NCBI GenBank assembly: GCA_964016885.1
Contig: OZ024740.1
Coordinates: 401,450,001 to 401,514,000 of the forward strand
DNA from: Eledone cirrhosa
Taxonomy: Eukaryota
DNA: 64,000 nucleotides
Direction of reading: 5' to 3'
The position numbers were made by a program, and so were the translations under genes. Positions 30,401-46,700 of this stretch are shown piece after piece. Numbering within the stretch: position 1 is the first letter of the stretch; the number at the start of each line of letters is the position of its first letter. The notes under the pieces are model-generated. The model was not told the origin of the DNA. It saw only the letters and a program-made list of their open reading frames with translations, and searched no databases.

Positions 30401-33400
30401 ACTATGTAGAATCAGTACAACATAGAACACTATGTAGAATCAGTACAGTATAGAACACTATGTAGAATCAGTACAACATAGAACACTATGTAGATTCAGT
30501 ACAGTATAGAACACTATGTAGAATCAGTAAAAGATAGAACATTATGCAGAATCAGTACAGTATAGAACACTATGTAGAATCAGTACAGTATAGAACACTA
30601 TGTAGAATCAGAACACTATAGAACACTATATAGAATCAGTACAGTATAGAAAACTATGTAGAATCAGTACAGTATAGAACACTATGTAGTATCAGTACAG
30701 TATAGAACACTATGTAGAATCAGTACACTATACAACACTATGTGGAATCAGTACGTTATAGAACACTATGTAGAATATGTGCATCATAGAACACTATGTA
30801 GAATCAGTACAGTAGAGAACACTATGCAGAATCAGTACAGTATAGACTACTATCCAGAATCATTACAGTATAGAACACTATGTAGAATCACTACAGTATA
30901 GAACACTATTTAGAATCAGTACAATATAGAACACTATGTAGAATCAGTAAGTATAGAACACTATGTAGAATCAGTACAGTATAGAACACTATGTAGAATC
31001 AGTACAACATAGAACACTATGTAGAATCAGTACAGTATAGACTACTATGCAGAATCAGTACAGTATAGAACACTATGTAGTATCAGTACAGTATAGACCA
31101 CAATGAAGAATCACTAAAACATTGAACACTATGTAGAATCAACACAACATAGAACACAATGTAGAATCACTACACTATAGAACACTATGTAGAATCAGTA
31201 CAACATAGAACACTATTTAGAATCAGCACAACATAGAACACTATGTAGAATCAATACAACATAGAACACTATGTAGAATCAGTACAACATAGAACACTAT
31301 GTAGAATCAGTACACTATAGAACACTATGTAGAATCAGTACAAGATAGAACTTTATGTATAATCAGTACAACATATAACACTATGTAGAATCAGTACAGT
31401 ATAGAACACTATGTAGAATCAGTACAGTATAGAACACGATGTAGAATCAGCACATTATAGAACACTATGTAGAATATGTGCATCATAGAACACTATGTAG
31501 AATCAGTACAGTAGAGAACACTATGTAGAAACAATACAGTTTAGACTACTATGCAGAATCAGTACAGTGTAGAACACTATGTAGAATCACTACAGTATAT
31601 AACACTATATAGAATCAGTACAATATAGAACACTATGTAGAATCAGTAAGTATAGAACACTATGTAGAATCAGTACAACATAGAACACTATGTAGAATCG
31701 GTACAGTATAGAACACTATGTAGAATCAGTACAACATAGAACACTATGTAGAATATGTGCATCATAGAACACTATGTAGAATCAGTACAGTAGAGAACAC
31801 TATATAGAATCAGTACAACATAGAACACTATATAGAATCAGTACAACATAGAACACTATTTAGAATCAGTACAACATAGAACACTATGTAGAATCAGTAC
31901 AACATAGAACAATATGTAGAATCAGTACAACATAGAACACCATTTAGATTCAACACAACATAGAACATTACGTAGAATCAGTTCAACGTAGAACACTATG
32001 TAGAATCAGTACAGTATAGAACACTGTGTAGAATCAGTACAGTATATAACACTATATAGAATCAGTACAATATAGAACACTATGTATAATCAGTACAGTA
32101 TAGTCTACTATCCAGAATCATTACAGTATAGAACACTATGTAGAATCACTACAGTATAGAACACTATTTAGAATCAGTACAATATAGAACACTATGTAGA
32201 ATCAGTACAACATAGAACACTATGTAGAATCAGTACAGTATAGACTACTATGCAGAATCAGTACAGTATAGAACACTATGTAGTATCAGTACAACATAGA
32301 ATACTATGTATAATCAGTACAGTATAGACTACTATGCAGAATCAGTACAGTATAGAACACTATGTAGTATCAGTACAAAATAGAACACTATGTATAATCA
32401 ATACAGTATAGACCACTATGTAGAATCACTAAAACATTGAACACTATGTAGTATCAACACAACATAGAACACAATGTAGAATCACTACACTATAGAACAC
32501 TATCTAGAATCAGTACAACATAGAACACTATTTAGAATCAGCACAACATAGAACACTATGTAGAATCAATACAACATAGAACACTATGTAGAATCAGTAC
32601 AACATAGAACACTATGTAGAATCAGTACACTATAGAACACTATGTAGAATCAGTACAACATAGAACTTTATGTATAATCAGTACAACATATAACACTATG
32701 TAGAATCAGTACAGTATAGAACACTATGTAGAATCAGTACAGTATAGAACACGATGTAGAATCAGTACATTATAGAAAACTATGTAGAATATGTGCATCA
32801 TAGAACACTATGTAGAATCAGTAAAGTAGAGAACACTATGTAGAAACAGTACAGTTTAGACTACTATGCAGAATCAGTACAGTGTAGAACACTATGTAGA
32901 ATCACTACAGTATAGAACACTATGTAGAATCAGTACAATATAGAACACTATGTAGAATCAGTAAGTATAGAACACTATGTAGAATCAGTACAGTATATGA
33001 CACTATTTAGAATCAGTACACTATAGAACACTATGTAAAATCAGTACAACATAGAACACTATGTAGAATCGGTACAGTATAGAACACTATGTAGCATCAG
33101 TACAACATAGAACACTATGTAGAATATGTGCATCATAGAACACTATGTAGAATCAGTACAGTAGAGAACACTATATAGAATCAGTACAACATAGAACACT
33201 ATGTAGAATCAGTACAACATAGAACACTATGTAGAATCAGTACAACATAGAACACTATGTAGAATCAGTACAACATAGAACAATATGTAGAATCAGTACA
33301 ACATAGAACACCATTTAGATTCAACACAACATAGAACATTACGTAGAATCAGTTCAACATAGAACACTATGTAGAATCAGTACAGTATAGAACACTATGT

Positions 33401-36399
33401 AGAATCAGTACAGTATATAACACTATATAGAATCAGTACAATATAGAACACTATGTATAATCAGTACAGTATAGACCACTATGTAGAATCACTAAAACAT
33501 TGAACACTATGTAGAATCAACACAACATAGAACACTATGTAGAATTAGTACACTATAGAACACTATGTAGAATCAGTAAAACATAGAACACTATGTCGAA
33601 TCAGTACAACATAGAACACTATGTAGAATCAGTACAACATAGAACACTATGTAGAATCAGCACAGCATAGAACACTATGTAGAATCAGTACAGTATAGAA
33701 CACTATGTAGAATTAATACAACAGAGAACACTATGTAGAATCAGTACATTATAGACTACTATGCAGAATCAGTACAGTATAGAACACTATGTAGAATCAG
33801 TTCAACATAGAACACTATGCATAATTAGTAAAACACAGAACACTATGTAGAATCAGTACAGTATAGAACTCTATGTAGAATCAGTTCAACATAGAACACT
33901 ATGTAGAATAAGTACAACATAGAACACTATGTAGAATCAGTACAATATAGAACACTATGTATAATCAGTACTGTATAGACCACTATGTAGAATCACTAAA
34001 ATATTGAACACTATGTAGAATCAACACAACATAGAACACTATGTAGAATCAATACAACATAGAACACTATGTAGAATCAGTACAACATAGAACACTATGT
34101 AGAATCAGTACAGTATAGAACACTATGTATAATCAGTACAACATAGAAAATTATGTATAATCAGTACATCATATAACACTATGTAGAATCAGTACAGTAT
34201 AGAACACTATGTAGAATCAGTACAGTATAGAACACTATGTAGAATCAGTACGTTATAGAACACTATGTAGAATCAGTAAAGTAAAGATCACTATGTAGAA
34301 TCAGTACAGTATAGACTACTATGCAGAATCACTACAGTATAGAACACTATTTAGAATCAGTACAATATAGAACACTATGTAGAATCAGTAAGTATAGAAC
34401 ACTATGTAGAATCAGTAAGTATAGAACACTATGGAGAATCAGTAAGTACAGAACACTATGCAGAATCAGTACAGAATATGTGCATCATAGAACACTATGT
34501 AGAATCAGTACAACATAGAACATTATGTATAATCAGTACATCATATAACACTATGTAGAATCAGTACAGTAGAGAACACTATGTAGAATCAGTACAGTAG
34601 AGAACACTATGTAGAATCAGTACAGTATAGACTACTATGCAGAATCAGTACAGTATAGAACACTATGTAGAATCACTACAGTATAGAACATTATGTAGAA
34701 TCAGTAGAATATAGAACACTATGTAGAATCAGTAAGTATAGAACACTATGTAGAATCAGTACAGTATAGAACACTATTTAGAATCAGTACACTATAGAAC
34801 ACTATGTAAAATCAGTACAACATAGAACACTATGTAGAATCAGTACAGTATAGAACACTATGTAGAATCAGTACAACATAGAACACTATGTAGAATATGT
34901 GCGTCATAGAACACTATGAAGAATCAGTACAGTAGAGAAAACTATGTAGAATCAGTACAACATAGAACACTATGTAGAATCAGTACAACATAGAACAATA
35001 TGTAGAATCAATACAACATAGAACACCATGTAGATTCAACTCAACATAGAACATTACGTAGAATCAGTACAACATAGAACACTATGTAGAATCAGTACAG
35101 TATAGAACACTATGTAGAATCAGTACAGTATAGAACACTATATAGAATCAGTACAATATAGAACACTATGTATAATCAGTACAGTATAGACCACTATGTA
35201 GAATCACTAAAACATTGAACACTATGTAGAATCAACACAACATAGAACACTATGTAGAATCAGGACACTATAGAACACTATGTAGAATCAGTACAACATA
35301 GAACACTATGTAGAATCAGTACGACATAGAACACTATGTAGAATCAGTACAACATAGAACACTATGTAGAATCGGCACAGCATAGAACACTATGTAGAAT
35401 CAGTACAGTATAGAACACTATGTAGAATCAGTACAACAGAGAACACTATGTAGAATCAGTACAGTATAGACTACTATGCAGAATCAGTACAATATAGAAC
35501 ACTATGTATAATAAGTACAGTATAGACCACTATGTAGAATCACTAAAACATTGAACACTATGTAGAATCAACACAACATAGAACACTATGTAGAACCAGT
35601 ACACTATAGAACACTATGTAGAATCAGTACAACATAGAACACTATGCAGAATCAGTACAACATAGAACACTATGTATAATCAGTACAACATAGAACACTA
35701 TGTAGAATCAGTACAGTATAGAACACTATGTAGGATCAGTACAATATAGAACACTATGTATAATCAGTACAGTATAGACCACTATGTAGAATCACTAAAA
35801 CATTGAACACTATGTAGAATCAACACAACATAGAACACTATATAGAATCAGTACACTATAGAACACTATGTAGAATCAGTACAACATAGAACACTATTTA
35901 GAATAAGCACAACATAGAACACTATGTAGAATCAATACAACATAGAACACTATGTAGAATCAGTACAGTATAGAACACTATGTAGAATTAATACAACACA
36001 GAACACTATGTAGAATCAGTACAGTATAGACTACTATGCAGAATCAGTACAGTATAGAACACTATGTAGAATCAGTTCAACATAGAACACTATGTATAAT
36101 TAGTAAAACATAGAACACTATGTAGAATCAGTACAGTATAGAACACTATATAGAATCAGTACAATATAGAACACTATGTATAATCAGTACAGTATAGACC
36201 ACTATGTAGAATCACTAAAACATTGAACACTGTGTAGAATCAACACAACATAGAACACTATGTAGATTCAGTACACTATAGAATACTATATAGAATCAGT
36301 ACAACATAAAACACTATTTAGAATAAGCACAACATAGAACACTATGTAGAATCAATACAACATAGAACACTATGTAGAATCAGCACAGTATAGAACACT

Positions 36400-39300
36400 A
36401 TGTAGAATCAGTACAGTAGAGAATACTATGTAGACTCAGTACAGTATATAACACTATGTAGAATCAGTACAGTAGAGAGCACTATGTAGAATCAGCACAG
36501 CATAGAACACTATGTAGATTCAGTACAGTATAGAACACTATGTAGAATCAGTACAACATAGAACACTATGTAGATTCAGTACAGTATAGAACACTATGTA
36601 GATTCAGTACAGTATAGAATACTATGTAGAATCAGCACAACATAGAACATTATGCAGAATCAGTACAGTATAGAACACTATGTAGAATCAGTACAACATA
36701 GAACACTATGTAGAATCAGTACAGTATAGAACACTATGTAGAATCAGTACAATATAGAACACTATGTAGGATCAGAACACTATAGAACACTATGTAAAAT
36801 CACTACACCAAAGAACACTATGTAGAATCAGTACAGTATAGAGCACTTTGTAGAATCAGTAAACATAGAACACTATGTAGAATCAGCACTACATAGAACA
36901 CTATGTAGAATCAATACAACATAGAACACTACGTATAATCAGTACTGTATAGAACACTATGTAAAATCAGTACAACATAGAACACTATGTAGAATCAGTA
37001 CAACATAGAACACTATGTAGATTCAGTACAGTATAGAACAATATGTAGAATCAGTACAACATAGAACATTATGTAGAAAAAGTAGATAATAGAAGACTAT
37101 GTAGAATCAGTACAGTAGAGAGCACTATGTAGAATCAGTACAACATAGAACACTATGCAGAATCAGTACAGTATAGAACACTATGTAGAATCAGTACAAC
37201 ATAGAACACTATGTAGAATATGTGCATCATAGAAATCTATGTAGAATCAGTACAGTAGAGAACACTATGTAGAATCAGTACAACATAGAACAATATGTAG
37301 TATCAGTACAACACAGAACACCACGTAGAATCAACTCAACATCGAACATTACGTAGAATCAGAACAACATAGAACACTATGTATGATCGGTACAGTATAG
37401 AACACTATGTAGAATCAGTACAGTATAGAACACTATGTAGAATCAGTACAATATAGAACACTATGTATAATCAGTACAGTATAGACCACTATGTAGAAAC
37501 ACTAAAACATTAAGCACTATGTAGAATCAACACAACATAGAACACTATGTAGAATCAGTACACTATAGAACACTATGTAGAATCACTAAAACATTGAACA
37601 CTGTGTAGAATCAGTACAGTAGAGAATACTATGTAGAATCAGTACAGTATATAACACTATGTAGAATCAGTACAGTAGAGAGCACTATGTAGAATCAGCA
37701 CAGCATAGAACACTATGTAGATTCAGTACAGTATAGAACACTATGTAGAATCAGTACAACATAGAACACTATGTAGATTCAGTACAGTATAGAACACTAT
37801 GTAGATTCAGTACAGTATAGAATACTATGTAGAATCAGCACAACATAGAACATTATGCAGAATCAGTACAGTATAGAACACTATGTAGAATCAGTACAAC
37901 ATAGAACACTATGTAGAATCAGTACAGTATAGAACACTATGTAGGATCAGAACACTATAGAACACTATGTAAAATCACTACACCAAAGAACACTATGTAG
38001 AATCAGTACAGTATAGAGCACTTTGTAGAATCAGTAAACATAGAACACTATGTAGAATCAGCACTACATAGAACACTATGTAGAATCAATACAACATAGA
38101 ACACTACGTATAATCAGTACTGTATAGAACACTATGTAAAATCAGTACAACATAGAACACTATGTAGAATCAGTACAACATAGAACACTATGTATAATCA
38201 ACACATATAGAAGACTGTGTAGAATCACTACAGTAGAGAACACTATGTAGAATCAGTACAGTATACGCTACTATGCAGAATCAGTACAGTATAGAACACT
38301 ATGTAGAATCACTACAGTATAGAACACTATGTAGAATCAGTACAACATAGAACACTAATTAGTATCAGCACAACATAGAACACTATGTAGAATCAATAAA
38401 ACATAGAACACTATGTAGAATCAGTACAACATAGAACACTATGCAGAATCAGTACAGTATAGAACACTATGTAGAATCAGTACAACATAGAACACTATGT
38501 AGAATATGTGCATCATAGAACTCTATGTAGAATCAGTACAGTAGAGAACACTATGTAGAATCAGTACAACATAGAACACTATGTAGAATCAGTACAACAT
38601 AGAACACTATGTAGAATCAGTACAACATAGAACAATATGTAGCATCAGTACAACATAGAACACCACGTAGAATCAACTCAACATCGAACATTACGTAGAA
38701 TCAGAACAACATAGAACACTATGTATGATCGGTACAGTATAGAACACTATGTAGAATCAGTACAGTATAGAACACTATGTAGAATCAGTACAATATAGAA
38801 CACTATGTATAATCAGTACAGTATAGACCACTATGTAGAAACACTAAAACATTAAGCACTATGTAGAATCAACACAACATAGAACACTATGTAGAATCAG
38901 TACACTATAGAACACTATGTAGAATCAGTACAACATAGAACACTATGTAGAATCAGTACAACATAGAACACTATGTAGAATCAGGACAACATAGAACACT
39001 ATGTAGAATCAGCACAGCATAGAACACTATGTATAATCAGTACAGTATAGAACACTATGTAGAATCAGTACATCATAGAACACTATGTAGAATCAGTACA
39101 GTATAGAATACTATGTAGAATCAGTACATTATAGAACATTATGTAGAATATGTGCATCATAGAACACTATGTAGAATCAGTACAGTAGAGAACACTATGT
39201 AGAATAGAGTAGAGTAGAGAACACTATGTAGAATCAGTACAGTAGAGAATACTATGTAGAATCAGTACAGTATATAACACTATGTAGAATCAGTACAGTA

Positions 39301-42300
39301 GAGAGCACTATGTAGAATCAGTACAGCATAGAACACTATGTAGATTCAGTACAGTATAGAACACTATGTAGAATCAGTACAACATAGAACACTATGTAGA
39401 TTCAGTACAGTATAGAACACTATGTAGATTCAGTACAGTATAGAACACTATGTAGAATCAGCACAACATAGAACATTATGCAGAATCAGTACAGTATAGA
39501 ACACTATGTAGAATCAGTACAACATAGAACACTATGTAGAATCAGTACAGTATAGAACATTATGTAGGATCAGAACACTATAGAACACTATGTAAAATCA
39601 CTACACCATAGAACACTATGTAGAATCAGTACAGTATAGAGCATTATGTAGAATCAGTAAACATAAAACACTATGTAGAATCAGCACGACATAGAACACT
39701 ATGTAGAATCAATACAACAGAGAACACTACGTATAATCAGTACTGTATAGAACACTATGTAAAATCAGTACGACATAGAACACTATGTAGAATATGTGCA
39801 CCATAGAACACTATGTAGAATCAGTACAGTAGAGAACACTATATAGAATCAGTACAAAATAGAACACTATGTAGAATCAGTACAACATAGAACACTATGT
39901 AGAATCAGTACAACATAGAACACTATGTAGAATCAGTACAACATAGAACACTATGTAGAATCAGTACAACATAGAACACTATGTAGAATCAGTACAGTAT
40001 AGAACACTATGTAGGATCAGTACAAAATAGAACACTATGTATAATCAGTACAGTATAGACCACTATGTAGAATCACTAAAACATTGAACACTATGTAGAA
40101 TCAACACAACATAGAACACTATATAGAATCAGTACACTATAGAACACTATGTAGAATCAGTACAACATAGAACAATATTTAGAATAAGCACAACATAGAA
40201 CACTATGTAGAATCAATACAACATAGAACACTATGTAGAATCAGTACAGTATAGAACACTATGTAGAATTAATACAACACAGAACACTATGTAGAATCAG
40301 TACAGTATAGACTACTATGCAGAATCAGTACAGTATAGAACACTATGTAGAATCAGTTCAACATAGAACACTATGTATAATTAGTAAAACATAGAACACT
40401 ATGTAGAATCAGTACAGTATAGAACACTATGTAGAATCAGTACAATATAGAACACTATGTATAATCAGTACAGTATAGACCACTATGTAGAATCACTAAA
40501 ACATTGAACACTGTGTAGAATCAGTACAGTAGAGAATACTATGTAGAATCAGTACAGTATATAACACTATGTAGAATCAGTACAGTAGAGAGCACTATGT
40601 AGAATCAGCACAGCATAGAACACTATGTAGATTCAGTACAGTATAGAACACTATGTAGAATCAGTACAACATAGAACACTATGTAGATTCAGTACAGTAT
40701 AGAACACTATGTAGATTCAGTACAGTATAGAATACTATGTAGAATCAGCACAACATAGAACATTATGCAGAATCAGTACAGTATAGAACACTATGTAGAA
40801 TCAGTACAACATAGAACACTATGTAGAATCAGTACAGTATAGAACACTATGTAGGATCAGAACACTATAGAACACTATGTAAAATCACTACACCAAAGAA
40901 CACTATGTAGAATCAGTACAGTATAGAGCACTTTGTAGAATCAGTAAACATAGAACACTATGTAGAATCAGCACTACATAGAACACTATGTAGAATCAAT
41001 ACAACATAGAACACTACGTATAATCAGTACTGTATAGAACACTATGTAAAATCAGTACAACATAGAACACTATGTAGAATCAGTACAACATAGAACACTA
41101 TGTAGATTCAGTACAGTATAGAACACTATGTAGAATCAGTACAACATAGAACATTATGTAGAAAAAGTAGATAATAGAAGACTATGTAGAATCAGTACAG
41201 TAGAGATCACTATGTAGAATCAGTACAACATAGAACACTATGCAGAATCAGTACAGTATAGAACACTATGTAGAATCAGTACAACATAGAACACTATGTA
41301 GAATATGTGCATCATAGAAATCTATGTAGAATCAGTACAGTAGAGAACACTATGTAGAATCAGTACAACATAGAACAATATGTAGTATCAGTACAACACA
41401 GAACACCACGTAGAATCAACTCAACATCGAACATTACGTAGAATCAGAACAACATAGAACACTATGTATAATCAATACAGTATAGAAGACTGTGTAGAAT
41501 CACTACAGTAGAGAACACTATGTAGAATCAGTACAGTATACGCTACTATGCAGAATCAGTACAGTATAGAACACTATGTAGAATCACTACAGTATAGAAC
41601 ACTATGTAGAATCAGTACAACATAGAACACTAATTAGTATCAGCACAACATAGAACACTATGTAGAATCAATAAAACATAGAACACTATGTAGAATCAGT
41701 ACAACATAGAACACTATGCAGAATCAGTACAGTATAGAACACTATGTAGAATCAGTACAACATAGAACACTATGTAGAATATGTGCATCATAGAACTCTA
41801 TGTAGAATCAGTACAGTAGAGAACACTATGTAGAATCAGTACAACATAGAACACTATGTAGAATCAGTACAACATAGAACACTATGTAGAATCAGTACAA
41901 CATAGAACAATATGTAGTATCAGTACAACATAGAACACCACGTAGAATCAACTCAACATCGAACATTACGTAGAATCAGAACAACATAGAACACTATGTA
42001 TGATCGGTACAGTATAGAACACTATGTAGAATCAGTACAGTATAGAACACTATGTAGAATCAGTACAATATAGAACACTATGTATAATCAGTACAGTATA
42101 GACCACTATGTAGAAACACTAAAACATTAAGCACTATGTAGAATCAACACAACATAGAACACTATGTAGAATCAGTACACTATAGAACACTATGTAGAAT
42201 CAGTACAACATAGAACACTATGTAGAATCAGTACAACATAGAACACTATGTAGAATCAGGACAACATAGAACACTATGTAGAATCAGCACAGCATAGAAC

Positions 42301-43330
42301 ACTATGTAGAATCAGTACAGTATAGAACACTATGTAGAATCAGTACATCATAGAACACTATGTAGAATCAGTACAGTATAGAATACTATGTAGAATCAGT
42401 ACATTATAGAACATTATGTAGAATATGTGCATCATAGAACACTATGTAGAATCAGTACAGTAGAGAACACTATGTAGAATAGAGTAGAGTAGAGAACACT
42501 ATGTAGAATCAGTACAGTAGAGAATACTATGTAGAATCAGTACAGTATATAACACTATGTAGAATCAGTACAGTAGAGAGCACTATGTAGAATCAGTACA
42601 GCATAGAACACTATGTAGATTCAGTACAGTATAGAACACTATGTAGAATCAGTACAACATAGAACACTATGTAGATTCAGTACAGTATAGAACACTATGT
42701 AGATTCAGTACAGTATAGAACACTATGTAGAATCAGAACAACATAGAACATTATGCAGAATCAGTACAGTATAGAACACTATGTAGAATCAGTACAACAT
42801 AGAACACTATGTAGAATCAGTACAGTATAGAACACTATGTAGGATCAGAACACTATAGAACACTATGTAAAATCACTACACCATAGAACACTATGTAGAA
42901 TATGTGCATCATAGAACACTATGTAGAATCAGTACAGTAGAGAACACTATATAGAATCAGTACAAAATAGAACACTATGTAGAATCAGTACAACATAGAA
43001 CACTATGTAGAATCAGTACAACATAGAACACTATGTAGAATCAGTACAACATAGAACACTATGTAGAATCAGTACAACATAGAACACTATGTAGAATCAG
43101 GACAACATAGAACACTATGTAGAATCAGCACAGCATAGAACACTATGTAGAATCAGTACAGTATAGAACACTATGTAGAATCAGTACATCATAGAACACT
43201 ATGTAGAATCAGTACAGTATAGAATACTATGTAGAATCAGTACATTATAGAACATTATGTAGAATATGTGCATCATAGAACACTATGTAGAATCAGTACA
43301 GTAGAGAACACTATGTAGAATAGAGTACAG
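36400..43330. repeat. Distinct variant-subfamily domain with interleaved block duplications (offsets 1,175, 3,275 and 4,085 bp)
   Basis: Private variants include CACCAAAG (CCA at 36808, 37983, 40893), GAGCACTTTG, CAGTAAACAT, CAACATCGAAC, ATTAAGCAC, ATACGCTAC (CG at 38266, 41541) and AGAGTAGAGT (39206, 42481). Confidence 0.8.
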
Positions 43331-43749
43331 TAGAGAACACTATGTAGAATCAGTACAGTATACACTACTATGCAGAATCAGTACAGTATAGAACACTATG
43401 TAGAATCACTACAGTATAGAACACTATGTAGAATCAGTACAATATAGAACACTATGTAGAATCAGTAAGTATAGAACACTATGTAGAATCAGTACAGTAT
43501 AGAACACTATGTAGAATCAGTACAACATAGAACACTATGTATAATCTGTACAGTATAGACCACTATGTAGAATCACTAAAACATTGAACACTATGTAGAA
43601 TCAACACAACATAGAACACTATGTAGAATCAGTACACTATAGAACACTATGTAGAATCAGTACAACATAGAACACTATGTAGAATCACTACACTATAGAA
43701 CACTATGTAGAATCAGTACAACATAGAACACTAATTAGAATCAGCACAA

Positions 43750-46700
43750 CATAGAACACTATGTAAATGCAGTACAACATAGAACACTATGTAGAATCAG
43801 TACAACATAGAACACTATGTAGAATCAGCACAGCATAGAACACTATGTAGTATCAATATAACATAGAACACTATGTAGAATTAGTACAGTATGGAACACT
43901 ATGTAGAATCAGTACAACATAGAACACTATGTAGAATCAGTACATCATAGAACACTATGTAGAATCAGTACAGTATAGAATACTATGTAGAATCAGTACA
44001 GTATAGAACACTATGTAGAATCAGTACAACATAGAACACTATGTAGAATCAGCACAACATAGAACACTATGTAGAATCAACAAAACATAGAACACTATGT
44101 AAAATCAGTACAGTAGAGAGCACTATGTAGAATCAGTACAACATAGAACACTATGTAGAATCAGTACAATATAGAAAACTATGTAGAATCATTACAGTAT
44201 AGAACACTATGTAGAATCAGTACAGTATAGAACACTATGTAGAATCAGCACAACATAGAACACTATGTAGAATCTGTGCATTATAGAACACTATGTACAA
44301 TCAGTACAACATAGAACACTATGTATAATCAGTACTGTATAGAACACTATGTAGTATCAGTACAACATAGAACACTATGTAGAATCAGTACCACATAGAA
44401 CACTATGTAGATTCAGTACAGTATAGAACACTATGTAGAATCAGTACAACATAGAACATTATGTAGAAAAAGTAGATAATAGAACACTATGTAGAATCAG
44501 TACAGTAGAGAGCACTATGTAGAATCAGTACAACATAGAACACTATGCAGAATCAGTACAGTATAGAACTCTATGCAGAATCAGTACAACATAGGACACT
44601 ATTTAGAATCAGCACAACATAGAACATTATGTAGAATCAATACAACATAGAACACTATGTAGAATCAGTACAGTATAGACTACTATGCAGAATCAGTACA
44701 ATATAGAACACTATGTAGAATCAGTAAGTATAGAACACCATTTAGAATCAGTACAACATAGAACAATATGTAGAATCAGTACAACATAGAACACCATGTA
44801 GAATCAAGTCAACATAGAACATTACGTAGAATCAGTACAACAGAGAACACTATGTAGAATCAGTATAACATAGAACACTATGTAGAATCAGTACAGTATA
44901 GAACACTATGTAGAATCAATACAACATAGAACACTATGTATAATCAGTACAGTATAGACCATTAAGTAGAATCACTAAAACATTGAACACTATGTAGAAT
45001 CAACACAACATAGAACACTATGTAGAATCAGTACAACATAGAACACTATGTAGAATCAGTACAACATAGAACACTATGTAGAATCAGCACAGCATAGAAC
45101 ACTATGTAGAATCAGTACAGTATAGAACACTATGTATAATCAGTACAACATAGAACACTATGTAGAATCAGTACAGTATAGAACACTATGTAGGATCAGT
45201 ACAATATAGAACACTATGTATAATCAGTACAGTATAGACCACTATGTAGAATCACTAAAACATTGAACACTATGTAGAATCAACACAACATAGAACACTA
45301 TATAGAATCAGTACACTATAGAACACTATGTAGATTCAGTACAACATAGAACACTATTTAGAATCAGCACAACATAGATCACTATGTAGAATCAATACAA
45401 CATAGAACACTATGTAGAATCAGTACAACAGAGAACACTATGTAGAATCAGTACAGTATAGAACACTATGTAGAATCAGTATGACATAGAACATTATGTA
45501 TAATCAGTACATCATAGAACACTATTTAGAATCAGTACAGTATAGAACACTATGTAGAATGAGTACAGTATAGAACACTATGTAGAATCAGTACATTATA
45601 GAACACTATGTAGAATATGTGCATCATAGAACACTATGTATAATCAGTACAGTAGAGAACACTATGTAGAATCAGTACAGTAGAGAACACTATGTAGAAT
45701 CAGTACAGTATAGACTACTATGTAGAATCAGTACAACATAGAACACTATGTAGAATCAGTACAGTATAGAACACTATGTAGAATCAATACAACATAGAAC
45801 ACTATGTAGAATTAGTACAGTATAGAACACTATGTAAATGCAGTACAACATAGAACACTATGTAGAATCAGTACAACATAGAACACTATGTAGAATCACT
45901 AAAACATTGAACACTATGTAGAATCAATATAACATAGAACACTATGTAGAATTAGTACAGTATAGAACACTATGTAGAATCAGTACAACATAGAACACTA
46001 TGTAGAATCAGTACATCATAGAACACTATGTAGAATCAGTACAACATAGAACACTATGAAGAATCAGCACAACATAGAACACTATGTAGAATCAACAAAA
46101 CATAGAACACTATGTAGAATCAGTACAGTAGAGAGCACTATGTAGAATCAGTACAACATAGAACACTATGTAGAATCAGTACAATATAGAAAACTATGTA
46201 GAATCATTACAGTATAGAACACTATGTAGAATCAGTACAGTATAGAACACTATGTAGAATCAGTACAACATAGAACACTATGTATAATCTGTACTGTATA
46301 GAACACTATGTAGTATCAGTACAACATAGAACACTATGTAGAATCAGTACCACATAGAACACTATGTAGATTCAGTACAGTATAGAACACTATGTAGAAT
46401 CAGTACAACATAGAACATTATGTAGAAAAAGTAGATCATAGAACACTATGTAGTATCAGTACATTATAGAACACTATGTAGAATATGTGCATCATACAAC
46501 ACTATGTATAATCAGTACAGTAGAGAACACTATGTAGAATCAGTACAGTAGAGAGCACTATGTAGAATCAGTACAGTATAGACTACTGTGCAGAATCAGT
46601 ACAGTATAGAACACTATGTAGAATCAGTACAACATAGAACACTATGTAGAATCAGTACAGTATAGAACACTATGTAGAATCAATACAACATAGAAGACTA

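Noticed and set aside
34321-34518. 65-aa ORF with RISKYRTLC repeats
   Set aside because: It is translated satellite. The frame stays open only because three 27-bp monomers and a deletion avoid the TAG stops, and there is no gene context.
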